A stretch of 64,000 bases of DNA, taken from Candidatus Wirthbacteria bacterium (GTDB lineage Bacteria > Patescibacteriota > CG2-30-54-11). Positions 10,560-20,285 of this stretch are shown here, piece after piece (the stretch's first letter is position 1; each line of letters starts with the position of its first letter). Location: positions 74,599 through 138,598 of the forward strand of contig CAISZI010000053.1 of the NCBI GenBank assembly GCA_903889905.1, written 5' to 3'. A program made the position numbers and the translations under genes. Under the pieces are notes generated by a model. The model did not search any database. It saw nothing but the letters and a program-made list of their open reading frames with translations, and had not been told where the DNA came from.

Positions 10560-11498
10560 ATGAAAACAACGCTGGCACGACTAAATCGAGTAGAATTGCG
10601 TGAAGTATGGGAGCATGAAGCTCTTGATTTTACTCGCTGGCTTGCTCAGCAGGACAATCTTGATGCTTTAAGCGAAGAAATCGGTGTAGACATCAAATTG
10701 ATAAAAACAGAAGCGAACGTAGGAAAGTACAGCGTAGATATACTTGCCGAAGAAGAAGCATCAGGGAGAAAAATAATCATTGAAAATCAACTTGAGGATA
10801 CAAACCACGACCATCTTGGGAAAATCATTACTTATGCGTCTGGGTACGATGCGGAAATCATTATTTGGATAGTTCGTGATGTTCGTGATGAGCATCAGAA
10901 AGCAATTGAATGGTTAAACGAGCATACTGATGAAAATATAAGCTTTTTCCTTATTAAGATTGAACTTTGGCAGATACAAGGTTCTCCTCCCGCACCAAAA
11001 TTTGAAATCATGGTTAGCCCTAACGAATGGGCAAAAGCTATCAAAACTAGCCCGACAAATGGCGAGCTTACGAATACTAAACTTCAACAACTTGAATTCT
11101 GGAACAAATTTAAAAATTTTGTTCGAGAAAATGATGCCAGCATACGGCTTCAAACGCCACGTCCTCAACACTGGTACGATGTGAGCATGGGAAGCTCGGA
11201 AGCACATATTGCTCTTACAGTTAATACTCGCGAGAATCTTATCGGCTGCGAATTATACATAAGCCGAAACAAAGAACTATATAAATACCTTCTCGAGCGG
11301 AAAGATGAAATTGAACAGAACATCGGAGAGCATGCCGAATGGGTAGATGCAGCAGTTGCTTCAAGGATTAAACATTCCAAAACGGTATCCAGCGTGTTTC
11401 AACAAACTGAAGCAGCAGAATACTTCAAGTGGTTATACGACAAGACAGTTTTGTTTCAGAATGTATTTAGAAAGTACATTCAGGAATTCAAACAGTAG
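10560..11498 (+). CDS. DUF4268-like protein, putative PD-(D/E)xK nuclease-fold protein commonly found next to RM systems
   Basis: Pattern DILAEEE...IIIENQLEDTNHDHLGKIITY resembles the DUF4268 family as I remember it. Family assignment is from memory and not verified. Confidence 0.5.
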   Translation: MKTTLARLNRVELREVWEHEALDFTRWLAQQDNLDALSEEIGVDIKLIKTEANVGKYSVDILAEEEASGRKIIIENQLEDTNHDHLGKIITYASGYDAEIIIWIVRDVRDEHQKAIEWLNEHTDENISFFLIKIELWQIQGSPPAPKFEIMVSPNEWAKAIKTSPTNGELTNTKLQQLEFWNKFKNFVRENDASIRLQTPRPQHWYDVSMGSSEAHIALTVNTRENLIGCELYISRNKELYKYLLERKDEIEQNIGEHAEWVDAAVASRIKHSKTVSSVFQQTEAAEYFKWLYDKTVLFQNVFRKYIQEFKQ

Positions 11499-11770
11499 CA
11501 CCTAAAGGCTTTTCTGTAGAAATCTTATGGAATCAGGTTAGGCTGTCCGTATGTCTGGTATGTAGATGTGCCCTTTATGCTCTCTGAGAGCCGTTCTAAT
11601 ACCATTCACCACGGCTCGTCGAGGAGAAATATCAGAACCATCGCGATGCTGCGTGTCGTCCTGTACCATCCTGAAATGTATTGATAAACGTTGAACGATG
11701 ACCAAGATACGCCATCAGAGGTATAATGCTGTTGTCAGCAAGATAGCTCTTAAAGTGGGGGTCTATACCC

Positions 11771-13456
11771 ATGCCAAGTCAGAAACCCAACCTTCTTGAA
11801 ATACTACGAGAACAACAAGGGCATAATGCAATAAAGAAGGACGAGAAGGACTTCAAGTACATAATCTATGCTCGTAAATCGACAGACAGCAAGGAGCATC
11901 AAGAAAAGTCACTGCCTGACCAAGTAAAAGCCTGTAAACTGCTTGCTGATAGCAAAGAATTGCATTACTTGAAGTCAGAAATTATTGAAGAGAAGGAATC
12001 AGCAAGGGAGCCAGATATACGCCCGATGTTTCGACGTATGATGGATGACATCAAATCTGGCAAGCATGATGGCATCATTACATGGCATCCTGACAGGCTA
12101 GCACGCAATATGAAGGAGGCTGGTGAAATTATCGACCTGCTAGACAAGAAAATCATCCAAGACATCAAATTTGCAAGTGTAACCTTTGACAACGATTCAA
12201 ACGGCAAGATGATGCTAGGTATTTCTTTTGTCCTGTCGAAACAGTACTCCGACAAGCTAAGCACTGACATCAGGCGAGGGATTGAGAACAGGGTAGCAGA
12301 GGGGCAGTACCTGAGCAGAACCAAGCATGGATACTACAAGGACAGGTATAATTTTCTACGCCCTGATGGTAATAACTTTGCTTTGATGAAGCAGGCTTGG
12401 CAGATGCGGTTGAATGGGCAGAAAATTGAGGATATAGCTGCCTTTTTGAATAAACAAGGGTATCAGCAGGCAGGCGAGGCTGGTAAAACTCATACACCCT
12501 TTACATGGAATGTAAAGAAACTGGCAGAGCGCTTTCATGACACTATCTATGCTGGTGTGTTGAAATACGGAAAGGATTCAGTCAGCCTGATAGAGGAATA
12601 CGACTTTATTCCGATGGTTACTGAAGAAGAATTTTTAGCGATAAACAAGACGCAATATATAGGTAATCCCTTCCGGTCTCGGTATAAGGTGGGTTCCAGG
12701 AAACAGACGAGAGCTGATTTTCTTCGGAGGATGGTGTTTTGCAGCTCCTGCAAGAAACCGATGGCGACAGGCATTACTTCAAAGAAAGACCAAAAGGGCG
12801 ACGAGACAAATTATTTCTATTTCAGATGCGACAACAAGAAGTGCAAGCAAAAGGGTAAATCAGTCCGTGGTAAAGTCCTTGAAGATTTTGTCATTGATTT
12901 TTTGGACAAGAACAAGATAGCTTCAAAATCTATCTATGAAACGTACGTGCGAGATATGGAGAATCATCTACGCCAAGAGCAACAAGCAATTCTTGGGCAG
13001 GAGAAAACACTAGCCAAGAAGCTTGTACAGGCTAAGGAGCTTATGAAAAAGACCAAGGAGCTCATGCTAGACAACAAAGATGCTAGCCTAAGGGAAGAGC
13101 TTACTGGTGACTACAAACAGTATCAAGGGGAGGCTGAGGGCTTGGATGATGAGCTACAGGCTATCCAGAGGGTGAAAAAAGAGGGGAAAGATGAAATAAT
13201 GGACTACAAAACGTTTCTTGAACTTATCGAGAAAGTGCCCGAGATACTTAGACAAACGACCACTTTGAAGGGGAAGGATAGTATCATCAGAGAAATCTTC
13301 ATGAACTTTACAGTAGACCGCAGGAAAGTCTTGTCGTATAAGCTAAAACCGCCCTTTGATGGGTTCATCAAGAGCGGTTTCAACCAGACTTTCACCTATG
13401 GTGGAGTTGAGGGGAGTCGAACCCCTGACCTCTGCAATGCGAATGCAGCGCTCTAG
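11771..13456 (+). CDS. Large serine recombinase (resolvase N-terminal domain plus zinc-ribbon and coiled-coil C-terminal domain)
   Basis: YIIYARKSTDSKEHQ...DRLARN catalytic resolvase motifs. C-terminal Cys cluster CSSCKK...RCDNKKCKQKG. The ORF 3' end overlaps the antisense strand of tRNA-Ala. Confidence 0.85.
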   Translation: MPSQKPNLLEILREQQGHNAIKKDEKDFKYIIYARKSTDSKEHQEKSLPDQVKACKLLADSKELHYLKSEIIEEKESAREPDIRPMFRRMMDDIKSGKHDGIITWHPDRLARNMKEAGEIIDLLDKKIIQDIKFASVTFDNDSNGKMMLGISFVLSKQYSDKLSTDIRRGIENRVAEGQYLSRTKHGYYKDRYNFLRPDGNNFALMKQAWQMRLNGQKIEDIAAFLNKQGYQQAGEAGKTHTPFTWNVKKLAERFHDTIYAGVLKYGKDSVSLIEEYDFIPMVTEEEFLAINKTQYIGNPFRSRYKVGSRKQTRADFLRRMVFCSSCKKPMATGITSKKDQKGDETNYFYFRCDNKKCKQKGKSVRGKVLEDFVIDFLDKNKIASKSIYETYVRDMENHLRQEQQAILGQEKTLAKKLVQAKELMKKTKELMLDNKDASLREELTGDYKQYQGEAEGLDDELQAIQRVKKEGKDEIMDYKTFLELIEKVPEILRQTTTLKGKDSIIREIFMNFTVDRRKVLSYKLKPPFDGFIKSGFNQTFTYGGVEGSRTPDLCNANAAL

Positions 13457-13475
13457 CCAACTGAGCTACAACCCC
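13399..13475 (-). tRNA. tRNA-Ala(CGC), 77 nt including CCA
   Basis: Manual fold gives acceptor GGGGTTG/CAACTCC with a G3:U70 pair, D-arm GCTC/GAGC, anticodon loop TTCGCAT, T-arm AGGGG-TTCGACT-CCCCT, and discriminator A followed by CCA. Confidence 0.85.
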
Positions 13476-13654
13476 ATGAAGAAGCAGTGAGCATGGAGCA
13501 AGGAGTTATGAGAAGAAAGGTGCGAAGTTGGCTAGGGCCAACTGTCTAGGATCCCCCGAAGTGGAGACGCCTCGTCGAAACGGAGTGGGGAAGCTACAAC
13601 CCCATGAAGAAGCAGTGAGCATGGAGCAAGGAGTTATGAGAAGAAAGGTGCGAA
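13464..13654. repeat. Two perfect 63-bp direct repeats (13464..13526 and 13592..13654). Each contains the first 12 nt of tRNA-Ala plus 51 nt of its upstream region
   Basis: Exact duplication read directly. Spacing is 128 bp. Confidence 0.8.
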
Positions 13655-13835
13655 TGTGGCGGGCCAATTAAATGTACAGGTCGCAGTATATAAAGATTTG
13701 GGTTAGCCGTCCAGAGAAAGTAGTCATTCTGAGTGTAAACTTCTGAGGTGGAGCGAAGAATCCTTACTGCTAACGAACCAAATGGTGGGTTTGTACTGTC
13801 AGTGAGGATCCTTCACAAAGCTTCAGGATGACGGA

Positions 13836-14195
13836 TTAGTTTACCTCTTGGTCTGTTTCGACTTTTTTCTTGCGGGTCGTCTTCCACAGTTCTTCGAGCT
13901 GGTAGGTCTGACGCATGGCGGGTTGGAAGACGTGGACGATGACTTCACCGTAGTCCAAGATTACCCATTCGCCGGTCGCGATGCCTTCGGAGCGGAGCGG
14001 CGAGACTTTCTTTTTTTTCAGCCCCTCCACGATGTTATCGGCAATGGCCTGAACCTGGCGGTCCGACGTTCCTTCGCAGATGACAAAGTAGTCGGTCAGG
14101 CTGCTTTTTTTGGAAATATTGAGAGAGAGGATGTTTTCGGCTTTTTTGTCGTCAGCGAGGCCGATAATCAGTTCAACGAGTTTGGCGGTGGTCAT
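13836..14195 (-). CDS. rsfS: Ribosome silencing factor RsfS (Iojap)
   Basis: 119 aa with typical RsfS sequence (DYFVICEGTSDRQVQAIAD...VILDYGEVIVHVF). Confidence 0.85.
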   Translation of the reverse strand: MTTAKLVELIIGLADDKKAENILSLNISKKSSLTDYFVICEGTSDRQVQAIADNIVEGLKKKKVSPLRSEGIATGEWVILDYGEVIVHVFQPAMRQTYQLEELWKTTRKKKVETDQEVN

Positions 14196-14245
14196 GCGGT
14201 AAATCCTAAAATCTAATAACTAATTATCAAACTGGGGATTCGCAT

Positions 14246-15541
14246 TTACTCCCAATCAAAGGTCACATCGGCGATGGTCACCTGGTCACCAAACTCAATG
14301 CCCTGTTTGATAAGTTCCGGGTAGACACCGGCGGCTTTGAGGCGGTCGTGCATCCAGTGCAGGGCTTCGGGATTTTGCATGGGCGTTGTCAGCACGATCA
14401 TTTCGGGCCGTTTGCCATAAACGTAAAAATGGTGGCCGTCTTTCTGGACTTCAAAGTGTTTCGGATCTTCCAGCAGCGGATTGATAATGTGTTCGCTGCC
14501 AGTGATTTTGTCAAGTTTTTTGGGGATGGCTCTGAGGATGTCATTGATGCTTTGAAGCAATTGATCAATGTTGGTATGGGCGGCGGCCGAAATAAACTGC
14601 AGGGGTTCTGGCGTAAATTTGGCAATGCTGTTTTGGAGGATTTTGCTGGCCTGGATTTTGGCCAGATCCGCGGGCATGATAGCGTCGATTTTGTTGACCA
14701 CCACGATTTGCGGTTTGTCCAAAATGGCGGGATTGAATTCCTTGAGTTCGCGCATGATGGTGACGAAGTCGGATTTGAGTACTTTGGGATCGAGCCGACT
14801 GCCATCGAGGATATGAATCAGCACACGGGTGCGTTCAATGTGGCGCAGGAATTGGTGCCCGAGTCCTTTGCCTTGGCTTGCGCCTTCGATCAGCCCGGGC
14901 ATGTCTGCCACCACAAAATCCTGCTCCCGGAATTTGACGACGCCAAGGTTGGGGATAATGGTGGTAAAAGGATAGTCAGCGATTTTGGGGCGGGCATTGG
15001 AAATGGTGGCAATCAGCGTGGACTTGCCGGCATTGGGCAGACCGATCAGGCCTACATCCGCCACCAGTTTGAGCTCCAGCTCGACTTCAGCTTCTTCCGA
15101 GGGTTCACCCAGTTGGGCAAATTTGGGGGCCTGGTATTTTGAGGTTTTGAGCATCAGGTTGCCAATGCCACCCCGGCCGCCCTTGAGCGCGATGAACTCT
15201 TCGCCATCTTCGGTAAAATCAAAGACAGGCACAAATTCCTCATTAACGGCCATTTTGACCACGGTTCCCACTGGAACTGCGATGAAGGTATCTGAGCCGT
15301 TTTTGCCATGCATGTTCTGTTTGAGGCCCATGCCGCCATCTTCGGCTTTGAACATTTTGTCGTATTTGAACTGGATCAGGGTGTTGATCGCGGCGTTCGC
15401 CTTGAAAACGATGTTGCCGCCCTGGCCGCCGCTACCGCCATCCGGACCACCCATGGGCTCGAATTTGGCACGACGAAAGGATTGTGAACCATTGCCGCCT
15501 TTGCCAGCCGTAATCGTGATATAAGCCTGGTCATAAAACAT
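14246..15541 (-). CDS. obg: GTPase Obg/CgtA
   Basis: Gly-rich N-terminal Obg fold (GGNGSQSF...GGPDGGSGGQGG). G1 box GLIGLPNAGKST and G3 box DMPGLIEGA. Confidence 0.9.
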   Translation of the reverse strand: MFYDQAYITITAGKGGNGSQSFRRAKFEPMGGPDGGSGGQGGNIVFKANAAINTLIQFKYDKMFKAEDGGMGLKQNMHGKNGSDTFIAVPVGTVVKMAVNEEFVPVFDFTEDGEEFIALKGGRGGIGNLMLKTSKYQAPKFAQLGEPSEEAEVELELKLVADVGLIGLPNAGKSTLIATISNARPKIADYPFTTIIPNLGVVKFREQDFVVADMPGLIEGASQGKGLGHQFLRHIERTRVLIHILDGSRLDPKVLKSDFVTIMRELKEFNPAILDKPQIVVVNKIDAIMPADLAKIQASKILQNSIAKFTPEPLQFISAAAHTNIDQLLQSINDILRAIPKKLDKITGSEHIINPLLEDPKHFEVQKDGHHFYVYGKRPEMIVLTTPMQNPEALHWMHDRLKAAGVYPELIKQGIEFGDQVTIADVTFDWE

Positions 15542-15685
15542 GGGTTGCCTGCAAAACTAGAAGTGGACGTAGGGCTATTATACTAAGGGTTGGTGGTTTT
15601 GGCGAGGGAAGGGCAAACGGAAGATTTATCTCCATCAAACATTCAAAAAGTGTGAGTATGATGAAGACATAGAGATTGTGTGCCG

Positions 15686-15760
15686 ATGTCATCCTGAACT
15701 CGATTGAGGATCTGCATTTAAGTCAAAGGTGAGATTCCGGGTCAGGCCCGGAATGACATT
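15686..15760. repeat. ~75-80-bp palindromic element. The second copy is at 54146..54228, sharing a gtcatSctgaactcgatt terminal inverted repeat
   Basis: 18/19-nt identity between the left arms. In copy 2 the right arm is the reverse complement of the left arm (gaatcgagttcgggatgac). Confidence 0.6.
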
Positions 15761-15940
15761 AAGCGGTCCATCATGATAGATAATTGCAATTAATGTAGTG
15801 ATTATGTGACCGTCAAAGGGTTCAAAAATCCTCATCTTTGCCAAATGGCTAAAAATGAGGATGAGGGTAACGGGAACTATGAAATTGTAGAAAAATCAGA
15901 TTGGTGTTTTGGGGATGGGCGTAAGCATTACGCCCCTACG

Positions 15941-16381
15941 TTATTTGTCGAGGTACTTTTTGATCTTGTCGATGACTTCCCGGGGAGTGAGATCGGATTT
16001 GAGCAGATAGTCGACAGCGCCGAGGTTCATTCCGCCTTTGACCACAAATTCCTGGCCAAGGTTGCTGAGCAGAATGACGGGGATATTTTTGGTAATGGCT
16101 TCGCTTTTTAATTTTTTGAGCACTTCCAGGCCATCCATTTTGGGCAGCATGATGTCCAGCAGGATCAAATCCGGGTTTTCTTTTTGAGCTTTTTCCAATC
16201 CTTCCAGGCCATCCTGGGCCACCACCACGTCATATTCCTCAACAGCCAGTTTGGTCTGGTAAATGTCTGACAGGAAAAAATCATCTTCCACCAGCAGGAT
16301 ACGTGCCTTGGTATGGTCTGGCGTAAGATGTGGTGCCATGACGTCGTCCTGATGAAAAACTGGGTTAGTAGCTAGTTGCAT
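15941..16381 (-). CDS. Stand-alone response regulator receiver domain (CheY-like)
   Basis: ILLVEDD...DLILLDIMLPKMDG receiver motifs. No output domain and no adjacent histidine kinase. Confidence 0.75.
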   Translation of the reverse strand: MQLATNPVFHQDDVMAPHLTPDHTKARILLVEDDFFLSDIYQTKLAVEEYDVVVAQDGLEGLEKAQKENPDLILLDIMLPKMDGLEVLKKLKSEAITKNIPVILLSNLGQEFVVKGGMNLGAVDYLLKSDLTPREVIDKIKKYLDK

Positions 16382-16547
16382 GGTTGAAGCCTCCGGTTTG
16401 GTTTTTTGTTTTTAATACTTCACTAAATTATAACCTCGACTCCATGTTTGTGTCAATGTGCCTAAAGTCCTACTATTGATAAGTTGGATGAATATTGTTA
16501 TTTTAGCCTTTGTCTATCGTCTCATTTATAGCAAAGGGAGTGGATTT

Positions 16548-18563
16548 ATGTCCCTGTTTTCCACACTCGAGTCCAAGTATGTGCTGGGGATGGGAGTTGC
16601 GGCAGCGGTTGTGGCCATTGTCTACGGCGCCATGCTGATTGCCCGGATTTTGAAACAACCGCGCGGTAATGCCGAAATGATCCGCATTGCCGACGCCATC
16701 CAGGAAGGGTCGGAAGCTTACCTCAACCGCCAGTATAAAGTGGTGGGTGCCGTGGCGGTGGTGATGGTGTTTGTCCTTGGTTTTGGCATCAACTGGAAAA
16801 CAGCGATTGGGTTTTTGCTGGGCGCAGCGGCCTCAGCACTGGCTGGTTACATTGGGATGAATGTGGCAGTGCGTTCCAATTCGCGCACGGCCGAAGCCGC
16901 CCGTTCCGGGCTTGGCAGCGCTTTGACGCTGGCATTCCAGGGTGGCACAGTGACAGGACTGTTGGTGGTTGGACTGGGCATTCTGGTCGTCACAGGCTTT
17001 TTTGCCTTTACGGGTGACGTCAAAGCCTTGATTGGACTTGGCTTTGGTGCCAGCCTGATCTCGGTGTTCGCGCGCCTGGGTGGTGGTATTTATACCAAAG
17101 CTGCAGACGTGGGTACTGATATGGTAGGCAAAATTGAAGCTGGCATTCCCGAGGACGACGTGCGCAATCCTGGAGTCATTGCCGATAACGTGGGTGATAA
17201 CGTGGGTGACTGCGCCGGTATGGCCGCAGACCTGTTTGAAACTTATATTGTGACGGCTGTTGCCGCGATTTTGCTCGGTTCACTGGTGATCCCTGGTGTC
17301 GTTAACGCGCTGGTCTTCCCCATTGCCTTAGGTGCTGCCGCGATTGTGGCTTCCATCCTGGGCACCTTCTTTGTCCAGGTTGGCAAAGACAAGAACATCA
17401 TGAAAGCGCTCTATCAGGGATTGATTGCCGCGGCCGTGTTCGCCGCTGTGCTATTCTACCCGATCACGATGTGGATCATGAAGGGCAATGGCGTTTATAA
17501 CACCTGGAATCTGTATGTGTGCTCACTGGTGGGGATTGTGGTCACCGCCGCCATGGTGGTGATTACCGAATACTACACCTCGACCAAGTACGGTCCGGTT
17601 AAGGAAATTGCCTCCGCGTCCCAGTCCGGACATGGCACCAATATCATCAGTGGACTTGGCATCAGCATGAAGTCAACCTTGATGCCGGTGCTGGTGATCG
17701 TGGCTGCCATTTTCGTCTCGTTCCAGTTTGCCGGGCTCTATGGCATCGCGATCGCAGCCATGAGCATGCTCTCAATGTCGGGCATTATCGTGGCTATCGA
17801 TTCCTTTGGGCCAATTACTGACAATGCCGGTGGCATTGCCGAAATGGCAGGACTACCGGAAGAAACCCGTGAAGTGACCGACGCGTTGGATGCCGTGGGC
17901 AACACGACCAAAGCGGTGACCAAAGGTTATGCCATTGCATCAGCTGGACTGGCTGCTCTGGTGCTGTTTGCCTCATATTCGGAAGATTTGAAAGCCTCTG
18001 GTAAAACCGTTCTGTTTTTGATTTCGGATTATCGCGTCATCATCGGCCTGCTGATCGGTGGCGCCATTCCTTACTTCTTTGGTGCATTGTGTATGCAGGC
18101 TGTGGGCAAAGCAGCCATGAAGATTGTCGAAGAAATCCGTCGCCAGTTCCGCGAGATCAAAGGCATCATGCAGGGTACGGGTAAGCCAGACTATGCTGCC
18201 TGCGTGGATATCGTGACCAAAGCGGCGATCAAGGAAATGATCCTGCCGGCCATTATCCCGGTGCTGGCACCGATTGTTGTTGGCTTGTTGCTTGGACCAG
18301 AAGCCCTGGGTGGTTTGCTCGTGGGTACGATCATCACGGGTCTGTTTGTCGCCATTTCCATGACCACGGGCGGTGCTGCCTGGGACAATGCCAAGAAATA
18401 CATCGAAAAAGGTAACTACGGCGGCAAAGGTAGTCCTGCGCATCAGGCTGCTGTTACCGGTGACACGGTTGGCGATCCCTACAAAGATACCGCTGGGCCA
18501 GCTATCAACCCAATGATCAAGATTATCAATGTGGTGGCGCTGCTGATGATACGGTTCTTGTAA
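16548..18563 (+). CDS. hppA: Membrane-integral H+(or Na+)-translocating pyrophosphatase
   Basis: [20 protein letters not shown] and [19 protein letters not shown] signature motifs. Many TM segments. Start chosen at the ATG after RBS aagggag; the track ORF began at 16458. Confidence 0.85.
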   Translation: MSLFSTLESKYVLGMGVAAAVVAIVYGAMLIARILKQPRGNAEMIRIADAIQEGSEAYLNRQYKVVGAVAVVMVFVLGFGINWKTAIGFLLGAAASALAGYIGMNVAVRSNSRTAEAARSGLGSALTLAFQGGTVTGLLVVGLGILVVTGFFAFTGDVKALIGLGFGASLISVFARLGGGIYTKAADVGTDMVGKIEAGIPEDDVRNPGVIADNVGDNVGDCAGMAADLFETYIVTAVAAILLGSLVIPGVVNALVFPIALGAAAIVASILGTFFVQVGKDKNIMKALYQGLIAAAVFAAVLFYPITMWIMKGNGVYNTWNLYVCSLVGIVVTAAMVVITEYYTSTKYGPVKEIASASQSGHGTNIISGLGISMKSTLMPVLVIVAAIFVSFQFAGLYGIAIAAMSMLSMSGIIVAIDSFGPITDNAGGIAEMAGLPEETREVTDALDAVGNTTKAVTKGYAIASAGLAALVLFASYSEDLKASGKTVLFLISDYRVIIGLLIGGAIPYFFGALCMQAVGKAAMKIVEEIRRQFREIKGIMQGTGKPDYAACVDIVTKAAIKEMILPAIIPVLAPIVVGLLLGPEALGGLLVGTIITGLFVAISMTTGGAAWDNAKKYIEKGNYGGKGSPAHQAAVTGDTVGDPYKDTAGPAINPMIKIINVVALLMIRFL

Positions 18564-18603
18564 GGCAAAGGTTTGTAAAGTTATGAAGTTCGAGAAGTTT
18601 AAG

Positions 18604-18651
18604 AAAATCCCCCTCGATCCCCTTTTACGTAAATGGGGAAGGGGGATTTTT
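18604..18651 (+). terminator. Rho-independent terminator after hppA
   Basis: aatccccct ... agggggatt stem followed by a T-run. Confidence 0.7.
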
Positions 18652-18737
18652 CATTAACAACGGAGATATATGAGGTTGGTCCATCTTCTGTTAAAATTAA
18701 TGCCTTGTTTAAATTACAAGCCAAAAGAGAGGTAGCA

Positions 18738-20270
18738 ATGGCATTCCCTCAGTCTGATTGTGAGAATACCAGTAATCAATTAGGGCATGAGCAAGAAAAT
18801 TTTGACGATCATGTTGTAATTTTAACGAAACAAGATTATCGCTACAACTTTGCTGATATGCAATCGATGGGAGCTCTGTTCGAGGTCGTAAACCGCCTTC
18901 TATCTGGTGTTCGTGAAGGTACCTTTGGAGCGATTCCGCATTTGGGTGCAGGAATTGTAGCCGGCGAATTAATGTCACTTGGATGTAATGTCCAGATATT
19001 AGACATCAGTGACCCTCGAGCGTTGGCAGTGGCTCAAGCAGCGGACTTGGTTGGTGTGTCGATGCTGGAAATCAGTGCTGATCATGTTATCGAAGACATA
19101 CTGCCACAACTAGACCTGTCGAAAACAATTGTTGGCGGCATTGGCGCAACAGTAATGGAAACAGAATTACATAGTGTTTTTCCTGATTTAGCGATTGTTT
19201 CTGGTGAATCTGAAGGACTCATGCGGCAGATACTGACAGATTTGCATGCTGGTCAATTACAGGGCCACTATAGACGAGATAAATCTGTCGATATGGCGGA
19301 GGCTACCCATGAACCTTATCTCGATGAGAGATTTTCATATCGTAATTTGTCCCCTTTTCGCCGTAGTTTCCTGAAGGTTCTAGAAGTAGGACGTGGATGT
19401 CCTTATGGTTGTAATTTTTGCATTACGCCTAACCTTGAGCTTAATAACTCCCATAAACCAATGGATGTGATTAAGGCTGAATTAGCAGCCATCAAAGAAC
19501 AAGCTGGTCCGAAAATAATCTTTTTCGTTGACCAAAATTTATGTACCTATCCCAAAGCTTATTTGCATCAGCTTTTTGATTACATTAATGATTTAGGACT
19601 TGCTTGGGTAGGTGAGGGAACAGTCCAGGATATTTTGGAGGATGAAGATCTGGTTAGTAAAATGGCGCGAAATTGTGCGTCGTTTCTCGTTGGATTGGAA
19701 GACATTAGCCATAATATACGTGGATCAGCTGCAAAAAATAAACTACATGAAGGTATCCTGTCAAAAGTAACAAAATTGCGAAAAATGGGTTTGCCCATCG
19801 TCTGGTCGATGGTGTTTGGGACTGATGAACAGGATCTCAGCGTATTCAAAGATACCGTCGATTTTGTCAAGGAAGCCGGGATAACGATAATTCCTCATAT
19901 TGAAACACCCCGTCGGGGTACTGTTCGCTATCGAAATTTAAATAAGGAAAATCGCTTGATCGAATGTCCTGCTGGAAAGCATGATCAAAAATATCATGTG
20001 ACCCATAAACCAGCGAATATGACTCCGGATGAACTTATGGGTGGATTTGCCTGGATGTATCAGCAAGTTTTTTCGGAACGAGCCATTGCGCAGCGGTTTT
20101 GGCAGAACTTGCAAATAGGAGGTATGAAATATGCGGCAGGACTATCTGTCTTGGAACTCGATGGCTGGATAACCAATGTCCGCCTGCATAAAATGTATCC
20201 CAAACTTTTGCAGGATGCCCGTGGTATAATAGAATCGAACAAAAACAGAAAGACCTCACTAGATTATTAG
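18738..20270 (+). CDS. B12-binding-domain radical SAM protein (class B), function unknown
   Basis: CPYGCNFC (CxxxCxxC) radical-SAM cluster motif follows an N-terminal Rossmann-like B12-binding region. Start placed at the ATG with RBS agagagg. Confidence 0.75.
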   Translation: MAFPQSDCENTSNQLGHEQENFDDHVVILTKQDYRYNFADMQSMGALFEVVNRLLSGVREGTFGAIPHLGAGIVAGELMSLGCNVQILDISDPRALAVAQAADLVGVSMLEISADHVIEDILPQLDLSKTIVGGIGATVMETELHSVFPDLAIVSGESEGLMRQILTDLHAGQLQGHYRRDKSVDMAEATHEPYLDERFSYRNLSPFRRSFLKVLEVGRGCPYGCNFCITPNLELNNSHKPMDVIKAELAAIKEQAGPKIIFFVDQNLCTYPKAYLHQLFDYINDLGLAWVGEGTVQDILEDEDLVSKMARNCASFLVGLEDISHNIRGSAAKNKLHEGILSKVTKLRKMGLPIVWSMVFGTDEQDLSVFKDTVDFVKEAGITIIPHIETPRRGTVRYRNLNKENRLIECPAGKHDQKYHVTHKPANMTPDELMGGFAWMYQQVFSERAIAQRFWQNLQIGGMKYAAGLSVLELDGWITNVRLHKMYPKLLQDARGIIESNKNRKTSLDY

Positions 20271-20285
20271 TTGAGGGCTTTTTTT

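Larger units (their letters stand above)
3861..13419. mobile_element. Integrated genomic island (~9.6 kb) at the tRNA-Ala 3' end. Cargo is a Type III RM-like operon plus accessory genes. The recombinase is a large serine recombinase
   Basis: Flanking 22-bp direct repeats (3861..3882 and 13398..13419). Recombinase gene abuts the intact tRNA. Cargo is typical defence-island content. Confidence 0.7.

Noticed and set aside
14348-15142. Long antisense ORFs inside obg and prfA (35895..36518), in the SDR gene (23495..24139), trxB (39392..40198), sufB (50150..50968) and the LamG gene (61482..62534, 62643..63548)
   Set aside because: These are shadow ORFs on the opposite strand of confidently identified genes in GC-rich, codon-biased regions. 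No independent support.
18633-18737. Upstream extension of the radical SAM ORF
   Set aside because: The extension overlaps the hppA terminator hairpin. A good RBS precedes the ATG at 18738.
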